Assembly (NCBI RefSeq): GCF_009914755.1
Contig: NC_060934.1
DNA length: 64,000 nt
Reading direction: 5' to 3' (one strand)
From: the human T2T-CHM13v2.0 reference genome, Homo sapiens
Position numbers and translations under genes: made by a program. This document shows, one piece after another, positions 43,606-58,998 of the stretch. Every line of letters starts with the position of its first letter. Position 1 is the first letter of the stretch. The notes under the pieces were generated by a model. That model did no database searches, was not told the DNA's origin, and saw only the letters and a list, made by a program, of their open reading frames with translations.

Positions 43606-44639
43606 AGATGGAGATCTCCAAATCCCTTCCGGGATGATGTACATTGAAGCTGCTTAAATAACCCAGTATCTGAAAAGCTGTCCTCTTAACATTGCATTAA
43701 TAACAATATAAGCTCAATTTTAAATGATGAAATATTCACCCTCCCTAGTTTCTGATTTTGGCCTCTGGAGTAATTTAACTTGATCAGTAACACACACACA
43801 CATACATACATATACACACACAAAGGTTACATCAGATTAGCAAGAGATCGATACACTGTTATTATATAGAAATACAAAAAGTCAACTCAGTAGCATGCTA
43901 TGAATACTAGTATTCAGATCAAAGGTGAAAATCAGCCACTGGGGACCTGAAAGGTTCCTCCTTCCCTAGAATATATACATTTGAAAATACAAATGTAAAA
44001 GCCAAAGGCATCTTTATCTTAAAAGCACAAACTGTAAATTGGCAGCAGCAGGAGTTTCCATAGACTGTAATTCATCTATCCCACTTGCTATTCAGTCTTT
44101 CTACAAACATTTCTGTGGGTGATAAGCTTGGCCATGGTTCACGTAAACTCTGATACCAAGACTATCCAGATAACTAAGAACATGAACAGGGGCGTGGAAC
44201 TCAGCCTGAGAAAGTGTGATGTCTCTTATCAGTCAGGTTTACTTCCCATCCCATCTGCTTCCTCCAGGGGTGCCCCAGGAGGCTGGGAGACCAACCTGCT
44301 TCCTGCAGTCAGACCTAAACTCAGACCCGGGAGCACCTGTGATTAGAACCACCACAAAGGTGTGTGTAAAATGCCAAACATACATCTAAAATATTTAAGC
44401 AGCTAGCCATTTCAAGACGACCAATTGATAACTCCCAGGGGAACAAAAGTAAAGGGACAGGCACGTTGCTTATTATAGTTTTGAGTCATCATTTTGAGCT
44501 TTCTGAAATGTCTAAGGTATCACTGGCCTTTTAGAGGTAAGGCTTGGTGAAAGGTAAAAGAGATGCTTTCACTGGAAGAAGGGACTGTGAAGAATACAGA
44601 TTACTCTGAACTGGGGCACACGGGCAGGGAGCAGTGGTC

Positions 44640-44690
44640 TAGTGAGCGGCCCCTGCGCGAGCTCCGGAAGTGGCCGTTGATAAAAGAACA
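44640..44690. promoter_or_regulatory. Candidate ETS/GATA enhancer element
   Basis: CCGGAAGTG at 44664-44672 and TGATAA at 44678-44683 within a small CpG cluster. Motif evidence only. Confidence 0.35.
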
Positions 44691-44889
44691 AGTTTTCATC
44701 GGGTAATCTAGACAGCTCAAAGTTCCTCCAGAACCCTCCCTCTGGGATACCTGCAGGAATGCAAATGAACCCTACCTGTACAGTGTGGCTGCAAATGTAC
44801 ATTCTTTCTTAGGTGCACAGTCCATGGAACACTTCTGTGTAAATGAATGGTATTCACTGTGTGTAAGGGATTACCAAGAAAATCACCAG

Positions 44890-45496
<607 letters not shown>

Positions 45497-47739
45497 AAGA
45501 AAATCACCAGGCTGTGCCTTCTGGGTCACTGGATGTCATCTTCTCCCCCCAGATCATAAAGTATATACATTACAGCTGCCCACAGACCTCATCCCTCCCC
45601 TGTCCACCCTCCAGCTACCACTAAGCCTTCATCTGATTAGTTTGAAGAGCACATTCATCTGATTAGTTTGAAGAGCAATAAGGAAAGTTAGTGAAACCAG
45701 GAGAAAATGATGATCTCAATTTAGCCACAAACCAAGAATAATGCAGCCAGAATTACTGCCGTCTTCCCGAAGTTACTCTGCCAGTGCAATTAAATGCTGG
45801 TCTAAAGGTATCGCCTTTTTGACAGGATGAGAGATTATTTCACTCTCCTTGCTAAATCAGTCCAATTTAAAACCACAAATTATGCTAAATGTGATTTAGG
45901 GCTTTGTTTTGTGAACGCAAACAATAACCCCATATTCAATTTACAAAACCTCTCCCAGCCTTTTGGTGAGCATGTGAATTTTTCGTTTAAGACTCCATTC
46001 AAGCTAGACGAGGAAAAAAAAATAATACACAGCTAATAGTCTCCCTCAATATACGGAATTTTTTTTTAACCCCCAGCCATAGTGAAAATCTAAAGAAATT
46101 AACATGCAGACCCTTCTGGATGGGATGGTATTCACTCTTTGAACCAATATTTAGAGAATGCTGATTAGGTGCACAGTGCCATACTTTGCACACACAGCAT
46201 CTCAATACCTGGGAGATAAAATAGGAGAGGCATGTTATTTAAAGAAAGTAAGTTACAAAAGACAGGGTATCAAAGTCAATCAACTGAAACAGGCCTAGTG
46301 CTTGGAAAATAAACTACTCCCAACCAAACTCTCTGAAAAAAATAACCAGTTAGCAATATGAATTGTGCTATGACTAAATCCTATACATACGTGGCGGGAA
46401 CAATTTTAGGTATTCCAAAAAGGCCACTGCAATATTTTACCAGTCAAAATATTCTACTGGAATTTTCTAGATATCTACAGGATGCATGAGCAAGAAGCAT
46501 TTTAAAAGCTAACAGTGCACATCAGTATATTTCTTACATCTTTGAAACGATCCTTTTTCATCAATCTGTCCAGCTTCTGATCTATGACCCCAGCTGACCT
46601 ATGACACCAAAGGAACTAAAGAGCAACGTGGTCCCTGACCCTACAGTGCTGTGTGTGCCCTCACTCAACTCATAACCTCTCTGGGCCTCTGTAAAATAAG
46701 AAGGCTGGATTATGACCATTTCCAAGGTCTCTTCCACCTCATTTTAACATTCTAGGATTCTAAAAGGAGATGGATTATGAAAATCAATGATATGGCTTTA
46801 AATAATTCAACAAATGGGGCTCTCAATTAGGAAGCTTAGTCATGTAGAACTTCGCTTCTGACAGAGAATTGAGTATCATTTTCTGCCTAGCCAAAGATGG
46901 CTGCTTTAATTTTGAGACTTCAGTTGCTAGGTTTGCGGGAACAGTCCCAGAGGACTCAGATATCCCCTGGCTCCTCAATGTCCCATTTCGCTCTAGCCAC
47001 AGGATCACAGGACTGCTGGGGACGCTCTCATCCCAGAGCCTCTGCTGTTTTGGAAAGGTGACAAGGATGTGGTCACATCACCCCAGAGACAAATCTCAAA
47101 GTTTCTTCTGGACTTTGCAGCAGCAGTTCCGCCTAACACACCCGGCATGACCTTCTTTCCTTCAGGTCCTCCTAAACTGAAGAACTGAATGTGATTCAAG
47201 AGTTTTGTCCATCTGACGTGCCAGCCCAGACTTGGCAATTCAGCACTCCCATCTCCCCCAGCAGTTTCTGGAAGGTTCCACAAGCAGCCCAAAGTGCCTG
47301 AAGGGTTCATTAACTTCTCTTTGGCCAGAAGCACCTCCACTTTGCTGGACAGGCTGGAGAAACCAAAGTCCATCTGCGTGAAATACTGACACAGCCCCTT
47401 CCTGAGCAACAGCTTTACTCCTAAAAGGACATGTATCTACGGCCATCGGTAATACCTGCAACAGGCATGTGCCAGCCGGTACTGCACCACTGATGCACAT
47501 TCACAAAATCAACAATCAATCAGCTCAAGAATAGGCTTCCCCCAACTGGTCAGCAGCCCACAAACTGTCTCCCCTCCATAGGAAGAATCAAAATCACCTG
47601 TTGTAACAATCGCAGTTTCAATTCTGTTGAATAGAGTAAGGAAGATTCTGTTCTATGATCTAAAATTAATAATTCCACAACCAACAACTCAAAGCATTTT
47701 AGGAGTTTATACAATAATAATTAGCAGGGTATGTTCTGG

Positions 47740-47956
47740 GCTGGGCTTTCTGTTGGACAGCCACTAGTTATATGCAGCTGTTTGAATTTAAATCTAGATT
47801 AATCAAAATTAAATAAAATGATGAATGCTATTGTTGGTCACAGCAGCCCCATTTCAAGAGCTTGACAGCCACATGTGGTGACCAGTGGCTCCACTACTGC
47901 ATGGCAGGGATACTGACCGTTTCCATCACCGCAAAATGTTTTATTACACAGCCCTA
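47740..47956. mobile_element. MER3-like hAT-Charlie element
   Basis: …cagccactagttatatgcagct…aaattaaataaaa…cagccacatgtgg…tttccatcaccgcaaaa…. Confidence 0.7.
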
Positions 47957-47964
47957 CCCGATGG

Positions 47965-48135
47965 CAGTGGGTCTCAAACCACAGAGACGTCAGAATCACC
48001 AGATGGCTTGCTAAAACACAGATGGAGGGGTATCCCGGAGTTTCTGATTTAGCAGGTTTAGGGTAAAGCCTGAGACTCTGAATTTCCAACAACTTCCCAG
48101 GGGATGCCGATGTTGCTGGTCTGGGAACCCTCTTT
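47965..48135. mobile_element. MER5A-like hAT-Charlie element
   Basis: cagtgggtctcaaa…cagaatcacc…gagtttctgatttagcagg…gatgccgatgttgctggtc. Confidence 0.75.
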
Positions 48136-51100
48136 TGGCTCAGAAAACTTTTAATTCATTGGCAGCATCACGATTATCAATCCAACACATATGTCCCTTA
48201 CCCCATGCGATAATGCGATGAGTATAATAATCAATCTGATCCAAATAAAGATGCCTCTTGAGCCTGGGGAACTGATGACACGTGAAACAAATGATACTCT
48301 AGGTAGCTTAACACGTTCAACGTGGATGCTACAATCAAACCCTTTCTAGTCAACTTCTGCTTCCCCATACAGCATTTTATGGTAAGATCACTGTTGCTTA
48401 AGACGGACAACTTTCCAGAGGAGAAAAGCCTTGAATTCCCTAGCACACTGAATTAAGTCACTCAGTGGCAAATTCATCATGACCAAGGGTAGTCATACAA
48501 AGAGATGTCACCTGCTCTACTGCTTGGCTTCAAAACACTGAACCCTAATGGCAGGATGCTGGGTGGTAGTGACGGTACAGACAGATCGGCTTGGGTGCAG
48601 CTGATTTGGGGGCTTTTTGAGCAAAAGCATCTTGGGGCCCTTGAGGCAAAAAAAAATCAAAGCCGTAAGGAGCGACAGACTCTGGGAGCAGCAGGCACCA
48701 CGCAAAAAACATAAGGACAGGAGCTCTGCCTGGGTGCAGCCCACGGGAGGGTCAGGGGGTCACACTTTGGTCTTTAGAGCCATATGGTTACCACCGACAG
48801 CCAGGTCCTCTTCAGCTCCAGAAGGGCAGCACTAGACCCTGCACCATGCTAACACACACCCACGGCTGCCAGGAAGCCAGAAGCTGCTCCAAACACATGG
48901 CGCTTTCCCTCCGCAGCACAGGCATGAAATCTGGAGGTGACCTCCACCCACCATCTCCACCAAACTTCTGGGGAGTTGGGGGCTGCACTACACCCAACTG
49001 TTTTTGCAGAAGCACCAAAGGATGTTTTCAGAGCTGGTGATTCCTGAGCTAGGGCTGGCCCAGGGCATGAAAGCCAGGGGACCCAGCCTCTTTGAAACAA
49101 GTGAACTGATAGCTCAACCTCTGCCTCCAGTGATGGATTGTGAATTACAGCAAGGGGATGAAGAGGAGGACTTAAGGCAGGTACTTCGTGGGAGGCAACT
49201 GCTCACAGCCAGGGCCAGGACAGCAGGTGGCATCGCGGCATGTCCGCCCTTGTGCTGCAATGGAGGCAACGCTACTGTCTCGTGCCCATTTCCAGGAAGC
49301 AAAAGTGCCACCAATCCTTGGGCCAAAGAGTCCCCAAAGAAACTACATAGAATGAGTCACAGCAAAATGAAACTGAGTAGTATTGCTTCTAAAAACCTGA
49401 CATATTGCTATTTAAAAAAAAAAAAAAAAAAAAAAAGGAAGTTTTTGTCTGTTGTCATAACAAATGAAAATGCCTGGGCAGATGTTCACAATGTCATATA
49501 TTTCTGCAGCTTTTTTTATAAAGCATAGAAGGACAGAGGATGGCAGAGGATATTAAAATTAGCTTGTTATTTAGATAACTTAGTATGTTACATTACTACA
49601 ACCAAGTCACTAGAAAAATTACTAAAAACATGAGAATAGGTGAAAATGAGTGAGGCTCTTCATTATATATACGGGAGGGGAGGGATGGACCATTTATGAG
49701 AAAATGGTGAAAGCAAACATTTCCTTGCCCCAGCATTTGATGAATATGATAGTGAAAAACAAGTGTCCCCCTTTGGCCTGAATGAAGTAAGGGAGGAAAA
49801 AATCAAATTAGCAGAAACTAGATGAAATATGACATGGGGCATCCATGGTCAAAGTAAAAGCACAGCCTTTTTAATCTCTAGCTGTAATAACTGGAGAACA
49901 TGAGTCCATTCATAGCACAGAGGTGGTGTCTAGACTAATTACATACATGCCGATTCTTTCAGCAAATCATAGTTCTCAATGTCATTTTAATGATTATACA
50001 TAAAGAAGAATCTTCTCACTCTCGCGTAGGAATAATTACATTCTTCAGCACTTTATATGCCAAAAAAAAAGGTCATTTGTAGTTATAGTGATTAATTACC
50101 TTTGTTTTCTGGCCAAAAACACAAGGTGGACAATAATGAACTAATTACATATTACCACAAGACTCTGATGTTCAAAAGTATACTAATGATAACTGTCTTC
50201 ACAGATTTTATGGGATTTACCCCAAAGCAGCTATTAAAGCAGTGAATTACGGTAGTTCCAGGTTATTTAAAAACATAAAGTTTATGAAACAGTAAAGCAA
50301 ATTCTCATTTAAAAGGTTCTACATGTTCCTCAAGGTAAACATAAAATAGCAAAGTATCTAAGCATCTACGCCAAGAAAGGCCAACATCCTCCAATTATTA
50401 GCTTTATAAATAACAATGGTAATGTACTTTTGGTTAATAAACAACAAGTATTACTGGGGACCTGTGCCCCAAAAGCACACGCTCACTCTATGCTATCATG
50501 AGCTGCCTCAGGATTCTATAGCCTAAGTCATTTTAGTAAACAAAAATATCCCCTGGCTTAACTCACCGCAAAACAATGGCCCTACTCTTTCACCAGCAAT
50601 GTGAAAAATCAATTACGTGAAAATTAGAGGAAAAAAGGCATAAGCAAGTGATAAGGTCGATTTTAGAGGATAAAGCCAAACATGCAAAAATGTATGTTCC
50701 TGAGCTATAAAAAGTATGTATGCATAACCAAACAAATTTCCTAAAAAGCTGACAAGTATGGATTTCTTCTCCTCTGAGGATATAAAAATTAGTTAATGCC
50801 TGAATCTTGTGTTAACTCCCAAAGCATCTTCAGGAGGACGTATGAACTCTGAAATCTTGCAGGAACACCACTTCTAAATTGCACTACAATTCTGATGTGC
50901 GACCCCTCCAGCAAAGCCATACATCAATAAAGAGCTTTAATTGGGGAGCTGGGAGGGAGAGGCAGCACTGAGAGGAAAGGAAATGGCATTCAGTGGCCTG
51001 GGGAGGAAGTGACATCCAGCGAAGGGTAAGAAAAGGAAGGGTAGGAAAAATGCCTAGAAAATTCCAAAACACTGGAAAGAGAGAGGAGTAGAATATGAAA

Positions 51101-51313
51101 AAAAAAAAAAAAAAAAACAAGAAAAAAAAACTTCAATCCATCAATGGAAAAAAGCAGTCTCAGTGTTATAAAAGGACTGATCTAGGCTCTTTTATATGAG
51201 TACATGCCTTTACTATGTATAATATATATGGATGTATATCTACACATAAGCCTCGATTATTAACATTACAAGGTAGATAGTCAGCAAGTCACATTCTATC
51301 TTGCACTCTTTTA

Positions 51314-51680
<367 letters not shown>

Positions 51681-52790
51681 GGAATTAATCCATCAAATCC
51701 ATCAAGAGGCCACAAGTGGACTGCTTCTCTTCCTACCAGACCTTATGTTTAGGGTCACTGCATGAGGAGGGCAGGAAGGGGAGGAAAAGGAAGAGGCCCA
51801 GGGCTAGGAAAATCCACCAAATCCACATGGGAGCTTTGATCATTCCCTTCGAAATAACCCAACTATGGCTTTTAACCTTAGGAATTCTCCCGTTCTTCGA
51901 CTGGAAGGAGTAAGGATCCAGAGCCACAGGAACGCTTCGTCCATGGAGCTCCTACACTGACCTAACGGGACGTCAAGTGCACACACAGATCACTTGCAGA
52001 GGCAGCAGGGGACACGGCGGAGCAGCCACTTGGAAGCTGTACAGAAAGCTCTGTCGCCTCCTCATTCTGGTCACTTAATCACTTTACACCTGCCTCCTCC
52101 ACGTAATACAGAGTGGGGGTTCAACAAATTCACTCTTTTCTCTTTCACTTCCTGCTGAAGTTATTATATAGGTGTTGTTCTTGATGGTCCCACAGGCTGT
52201 GGGGTGCCTTGTATTTCTTTCCACACAGTGCTGGTTCAGTTGGATGAAAAGGAGGGCTTCACAGAGAAAGATGAGCATTCATCTCAACTTTCTGAAGGAT
52301 AAGCCAAATTCAGAGAAAGGGGTAGGAACATCAGTTTTTTTAAAAAAATCAGGTGACTAGAACAAAGAATAGATAGGCAGGGGAAAAAAGCTAAAGAACC
52401 AGCAAAAAATTAGACAAAAGAGGGTTCAGACTGAAAACAGCAAAACGCAAGGTCAATGAGTTTGTTACTGGTTATCAATTGTATCTGAGTGGTTTTGGTC
52501 TATGAGGCTGACTGATGAACAGAAAGAAAAATGGAAATGGGAAAGGTATTCCGTTAAAAAAAAAAAAAACTGCATATGCCCATATGCCCACACACGTTCT
52601 GTTCAACCCTGGGAGCTACAGGATTGCAAATTCTTATTTAACAAAATGTAAATTTAAGCAGATTAATAAGATGGCACTTATCAATATTTTTTAAAAAGTC
52701 ATCAAGAATGAGTTCTGTGATGCATTAAAAATCATCTAAAGTTTTATACAAATCTCCAAGGAGCATCTCCTTTAAGAAATAGCATCACTA

Positions 52791-53078
<288 letters not shown>

Positions 53079-53273
53079 CTAGTGTTATCTTCATCCGATT
53101 CTGGAGTTTCTAAATCTGAGCTGCATGGACCTCTAAAGAATTCATGGATGAACACAATGGGATCCACAAGCCTCTGCTGGAATTACAACCATCACGTGCA
53201 CTTCTCTACAGATCAGGGTTGTAGTTTTCACTCTATTATTTAAAAAGATCAGTGACTTAAGAAAAGTTAAGAA

Positions 53274-53520
53274 GGCTGGGCACAGGGGCTCACAGTGGCC
53301 TGTATTTCTGGTACTTTTGGAGGCCAAGGCAGGAGGACCACTTGAGCCCAGGAGTTTGAGTCCAGCCTGGGCAAATTAGCCAGGCGTGGTGGTGCACATC
53401 TATCTAGGAGGCTTGCTTGAGCCCAGGAGTTTCAGGTTACAGTGAGCTAGGATTGTGCCACTGTACTCCAACCTGGGTGATAAAAACACTATCTCTAAAA
53501 AATAAAAACATAAAAAAAGA
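53274..53520 (+). mobile_element. AluJ with deletions
   Basis: Diverged Alu. Confidence 0.85.
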
Positions 53521-55296
53521 GAAGAGATGCTCTACAAGAATGTATGTACCTAAGTATTGCACCTCTTAGTGTATCTCCTCTATCATTCTGCACACATACT
53601 CACATGTACACACACATCAAGTGATATAGGAGAGAGGGCATCAACTGAAAATGTACGTATAATATTTTGCTATTAAATCAATTCTGTTTGATAGACATTC
53701 TATCATCAATAGCAATAGAAACCTTTTTCAGGATCAGCCCCGCACATGGGCTAATTATGAGTTGGAAAGTGACAGGCTTACACTCCCCCGTCTTATTTTC
53801 TCCACAGCCTGCCACCGTTCTGAAGTTCTCACGATTGGGGTGGTTCCATTTAAAAATATATTGTGGAGGAATTAGCACGTTAGCTGGCTTCCGCTTAGCA
53901 CAAAACAGGACCTCTAGAAAAAGGATTCTAGAACAGGTACATTTTGGTTGGTGGGGCTGACAACAAAAGGAATGGGGGTGGGGGGTGGCCACAGTCTACA
54001 AGCTGAGGACAGATTAGATGCCACCGGCAGGACACGTCTTCGACTTCATTCGCTGGCCTTGGCTGCACTGGTTCTGGGTTCCTGGGTCAACAGACCCTCC
54101 CATAGCATGATCTCAGGTGCTCACTCACTACAGCCAAAAAATCGCAACACATGCCCAACTGCCAGTGCTTTTTTATGGTAACCTGACTACCGGTACCATC
54201 AGATAGATATTGTTTAATTAATAGCTGTTAGACTCAAAGATACTATGCATATTTTTTTAACTCTCATCTTTTAATGATGGCAGAGAAGCAAACTGATAAA
54301 TGTGCAGTAATTTAAAAAAATAAGTTATTGATCAAAGCCTCTGTATTATAAACACATTTACACTCTGTTAAAATGCGAACAGCAAGTTGTTTTGATATTG
54401 TCACAAGATAAATTCATGACACAGAGACCATTTATTTTACATATTCCCCCCTCATGGTTTAATTTCATACAAGCCATGCACAAGAACTTTTGCATAAAGC
54501 ATGACAAATAATCTATGAAGGAGGGAATAACTACAGACTTAAGAACAGCAAGGTCTGAGAAGAGTGGTGAAGGTCGTCCTCAGGAATTCAGACAGTTAAT
54601 TCTTCTCAATCATCCCAGCAATCTATTATGTCTGCATAAAAAGGTTTCAATGTATTATGCTTTTTAAAAACTGCTAAATTTTCTTCATTATAATTGGATC
54701 TACAAATTTTAAGAATGCAGTATTTTCATGTGAAATATGCTGCTTAATTTGTTTATAATATGACTTATGGTAGATAATCAATGTATACATCTGCATAAAA
54801 TTTAAAAGTATTAAATTCTATGTACTTAGAATATTATCTTTGATAAATAAATTATTGAAACCACCAAAGAAGGTATCTTAGTATTTCTTGTTTGTTATAA
54901 TTCTAAATTCATACATAAGCTGTAACTAATAGGAAATAGTGTATATTAAAAAAAAAAAACCCACATTTTGCCATAAAACTTAGGTTTACTACCTGCCTGG
55001 CCATTTCCGATGCATTAAATGATGAGATATGGTCACAGTGAAGACCTGAAATTGTAGGCAAAACTGCCAATACCTCAGGAAAAGGTTTTACATGGCAGTT
55101 AAAAGTATAAAACTAAACAATTACATTCAGAGACCCACACTTTTGAAAAGTTTTACATAAATGTCGGCTCCTCAATGTTTGCACAGAGCAAAAAGATATC
55201 CTTGGTTATTTCTTGCACAAAATGACGAATGTCTAATCCTCAACACACATGGGTCACAAAATTTAAAAAAAAAAAAAAAAACTACTGCCGTATTTA

Positions 55297-55436
55297 AGCC
55301 CATCATTCCTTGGCTCTATGATTGTAAAGATGAGATGGCCATCATTTACTGGACATAAGGTCATATTTTTATTTTTTTTTAATTTTTTTTTTGAGATAGG
55401 GTCTTGCCCTGTCACCCAGGCTGGAGTGCAGTAGTA
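55297..55436. repeat. Displaced direct copy of 56402-56538 (unique flank plus Alu 3' end)
   Basis: agcccatcattccttggctctatg…gagtgcagtagta is present at both positions, near-identical apart from the T tract. Confidence 0.93.
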
Positions 55437-56473
55437 GCTTGCAATGTTTACGTGTGGGTTTTGCTGTTGGAATAAAATTTTTTTAAAACTTAAGGAAAAC
55501 TTCACTTAAAAACGTAATGCCCAGAGCTTGTTTTATCACTGCTACAGAATGCAATTCATTTCCTGTTGTACATTCATTTCATATTCTCCCCAACACAATG
55601 GAATTGAGCAGTATACGAATCAGCATAAATATGCACAAAATACACATTTTCCTGATTTTTACAGTTATTTTTGAATTAAAATCTGGTTACATAAATACTT
55701 CAAACTTTCTTCCACAGATTAAAAAAAAAAACTCAAATATGCCCAATACAAAATACTATGGAAAGCAGTATAATTCTTTCAACGTAAGGATATTGGAGGA
55801 AGAGAAATGTTTCTAATTTGAGAAAGTAGCCATAATAAACACTAAAAAATGATACGTGAAACTGAATATTTTCATGGTAGGAGAACAAAAAACACAGCAT
55901 ACCTCCTTCTATAAGGATTTACCTTAAATGTGGTAAAAACTGCACTGTGTAAGCAGCAATAGCAACATGCCCTGTGGTGCAGGGCCGGAGAGCCTGCACA
56001 AAATTTATTCTCACAACAAAGGTGGTTTCTAATCTTTAGGTACAAAACCTGGAGGAGACATATGTGTCTCAACAGTGACCTCTAGTGGACAAGTCTTAAA
56101 ATGGTTGTCCCCAAAAGAAACTCCTTTTTAAAAACAAAAAACAAGTAGGAAAGCATTTACAAAGCTCACACTTCCAAAACACCATAAAACCTAGGGATTG
56201 GATTAAGGAGCAGACTAAAAAAGACTCAGCTGACAGTGGCTTGAAAGGGAGGGTAACCACAGAGGCCAGGGGCAGGAAGGAAAAGCAAAGAAACACAGGA
56301 AGATGACCTTCGGCATTATTGCTGCCTTCCCACGCATCTGAGCGGTCATGAAAACAGTTTCCCTGGCTGCGAGTCCTTTGTGTGCCTGAGTAACACATCA
56401 CAGCCCATCATTCCTTGGCTCTATGATTGTAAAGATGAGATGGCCATCATTTATTGGACATAAGGTCATATAC

Positions 56474-56666
56474 CTTTTTTTTTTTTTTTTTTTTGAGATA
56501 GGGTCTTGCCCTGTCACCCAGGCTGGAGTGCAGTAGTACAATCACAGCTCACTGCAGCCTCAAACTCCTGGGTTGAAGTGATCCTCACACTACAGCCTCC
56601 ACAGTAGCTGAGATGCCTGGCTCATGTTTTTTTTAAGAGATGGGGTCTTGCTATGTTGCCCAGGCT
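56474..56666 (-). mobile_element. AluJ/FRAM-like partial Alu
   Basis: Alu right-arm sequence with deletions. Confidence 0.82.
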
Positions 56667-58721
56667 GAAGGTCATGTATCTTTAGAGCATCACGCTCTAC
56701 CATGTTTGAAATGAGCACACAACGAGTAAGAAACAGAAGTCTGTGGCAGCCACATCTACTCAAGTCCCTATACCAGTTAATCCCAAAGAAACCATCTGAT
56801 CCCAATGTTCCCCACTTTCTCTCCAGCCAGCAGTTTCCTCTCTGCCCTTCCCTGTCATTCACATACCTCCTGGGAGCAATGAACACTCGGTTTATACAGG
56901 TAATTACTGCGAAGCCACTAAGGGCCCAGTCACAGGCATTCAGGAAGAATATGAAATGATCCATGCTTCCACAAAAGCTGACCATCTATTTGGAGAGAGA
57001 AAAAAAACACAAAGGAAGAGAAGGACAGGGAATGCCATGCTAGAGTTAAAGAGTCTACATGCAAGAGAGTTTGGGGAGGAAAGGCTTCAGATGGGCCAGA
57101 CCAGCCAGGGGGCCCCCAGGGGAGGATGGGGAGAGGCTGGTAGAGAGGAGGAGGGAGGAGGAGAGGCAGGCAAGAGTAGATCCTGGGCCCAGAGGCAGGG
57201 CTACGGGGGGACAGAAGATGATCCATCTTCCTAGAGCAGCAAATGGAGAGGAGAGGCTGGCATGGGATGTGGGGCAGATTAGGGCAGTTTCTGAAAGGCA
57301 GAGAGGGGCAGTGAGTGCATGAGAGTAAGCCAGCCTTCTGCCAGGTGCGTACTGCATCACAGGCAGGTGCTCAAAGAAAGCATTATTTCCGAAAGGATCT
57401 TCAATCTGAAACTCTTCCCATTGGGCCAGGATGGCTTTGCATTCTGACTTTGCCAATGACTTTGTTGCATTCAAAGTTAGTACCTGCCCATTCATAGCAA
57501 AAAGGCAGAAGAAAAAAATTCACTTGCAACTATTCTTCCCGTCTCCTTAAACACATCATGCATATATACATATCTAGGAAAGTTGCTACAGACAGATTAA
57601 GTCCCCCGCTGACTTCAAAAACCCATCAACGCTGCCCCAAGCTCCCAGGTTTAAATTCAAATAGGGGCACCATAATAGTCTTGGAGCATTAACAGCAATT
57701 AGCTTGACAATACATTAATATTTTTATGAACTGCAGTATTTAAAAGTTCAGGAATTTCTGCTCCCAGATTCTTGAGGAATTTCAGAATCACAGATCCCAC
57801 TTTCAGCTTCCTTGTCGCCTCACTTTTACTGCCCTGGGTAGACATGTCAAGGCCAAAACCACTGGCAAGAAAAGGCAAGTCAACCACGTGCCACACTGTT
57901 TCAATAACCCTGTAGATCTTAAGTCAGTGGAGTCAACAGTGTCCCCAAATCAATGTCCCAGTTTGAGTAAACCATTCATTCCTTCCATGAGTACATAAGT
58001 GGAAATGTCAGAGAACGGTGTAATTGGCATACTAAGAGAAAAACATGAATACTTTTGCAAGATAAAAGCAGTGCCGGGTGAGGGGGTGGGGGAGTTATCT
58101 TTTGAGTCCCTGTGGTTTTAATGTGGCGTTGTCAGCTGGTCCCTATTAAAAACAACAGAAAGTGAAAGACACTGATTACCATAAAAAGTGACAGCAGGGT
58201 GTGCCTAGCCACTTACACTTAATGCATATTTATATTTCCATCAAATGGACATATTTACTATAAACACTTGAAAAACCATAGCAAAGTCATTCATTTAAAT
58301 GCCAGAAAAATAGTAAAGGATGCTAATTTGACCTTACTGAAACAGATCGGGTGTCAGTGACGCTACTCAGGATGGCTTGAAACAGAATTTACCAAGACTA
58401 TTAATTAGAGTTTACTGGATTAGGTCAAGAGTGTCTCAAATGGAGTGAAGAAAAGGAAAAAAAAACTGGCAAGGCAGAAATATAAAGTTTGGATTCTTTC
58501 ACAGTCAGTCTCCTGAATGGCCAACACAATGTAACTCCACATATAAATATGCTCCTCTAAATTAACCTAATATTATAATGCCTGGAGGAAGAAACTGATC
58601 CATTGACTCCTGAGATTTCTATCTTTGTGAAGATGTAAAAAGAAATAAACTACAGTGATCTGAAAGATGTTTTTAAAGAAGAGATCAATGAATGATATAA
58701 TAGAAATAAAGGTTTTGCTTT

Positions 58722-58998
58722 CTTCCTGTTGGAGACAGGGTCTACCTCTGTCGTCCAGGCTGCAGAGCAGGGTCGTCATCATGGCTCACTGCAACCTCGA
58801 CCTACTGGGCTCAGCCTCTTCAGTAGCTGGGACCACAGGTGCTGGACCCACTATGTCCGGTTAATTTTTTGATTTTTGGTAGAGATGGGGGCCTCAGTAT
58901 GCTGCCTTGGCTGGTCTCAAACTCCTAGGCTCAAGCAATCCTCCTACCTCAGCCTTCCTAAGTGCTGGGATTACAGGCATCGGTCACTGATCCTGGCC
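58722..58998 (-). mobile_element. AluJ
   Basis: Diverged Alu; TSD gttttgctttctt. Confidence 0.87.

Noticed and set aside
48505-49528. GC-richer block with several ORFs (up to 174 aa) and a short repeated motif (tgggtgcagc)
   Set aside because: Probably a decayed LTR or other old repeat that I could not assign; no protein homology recognised.
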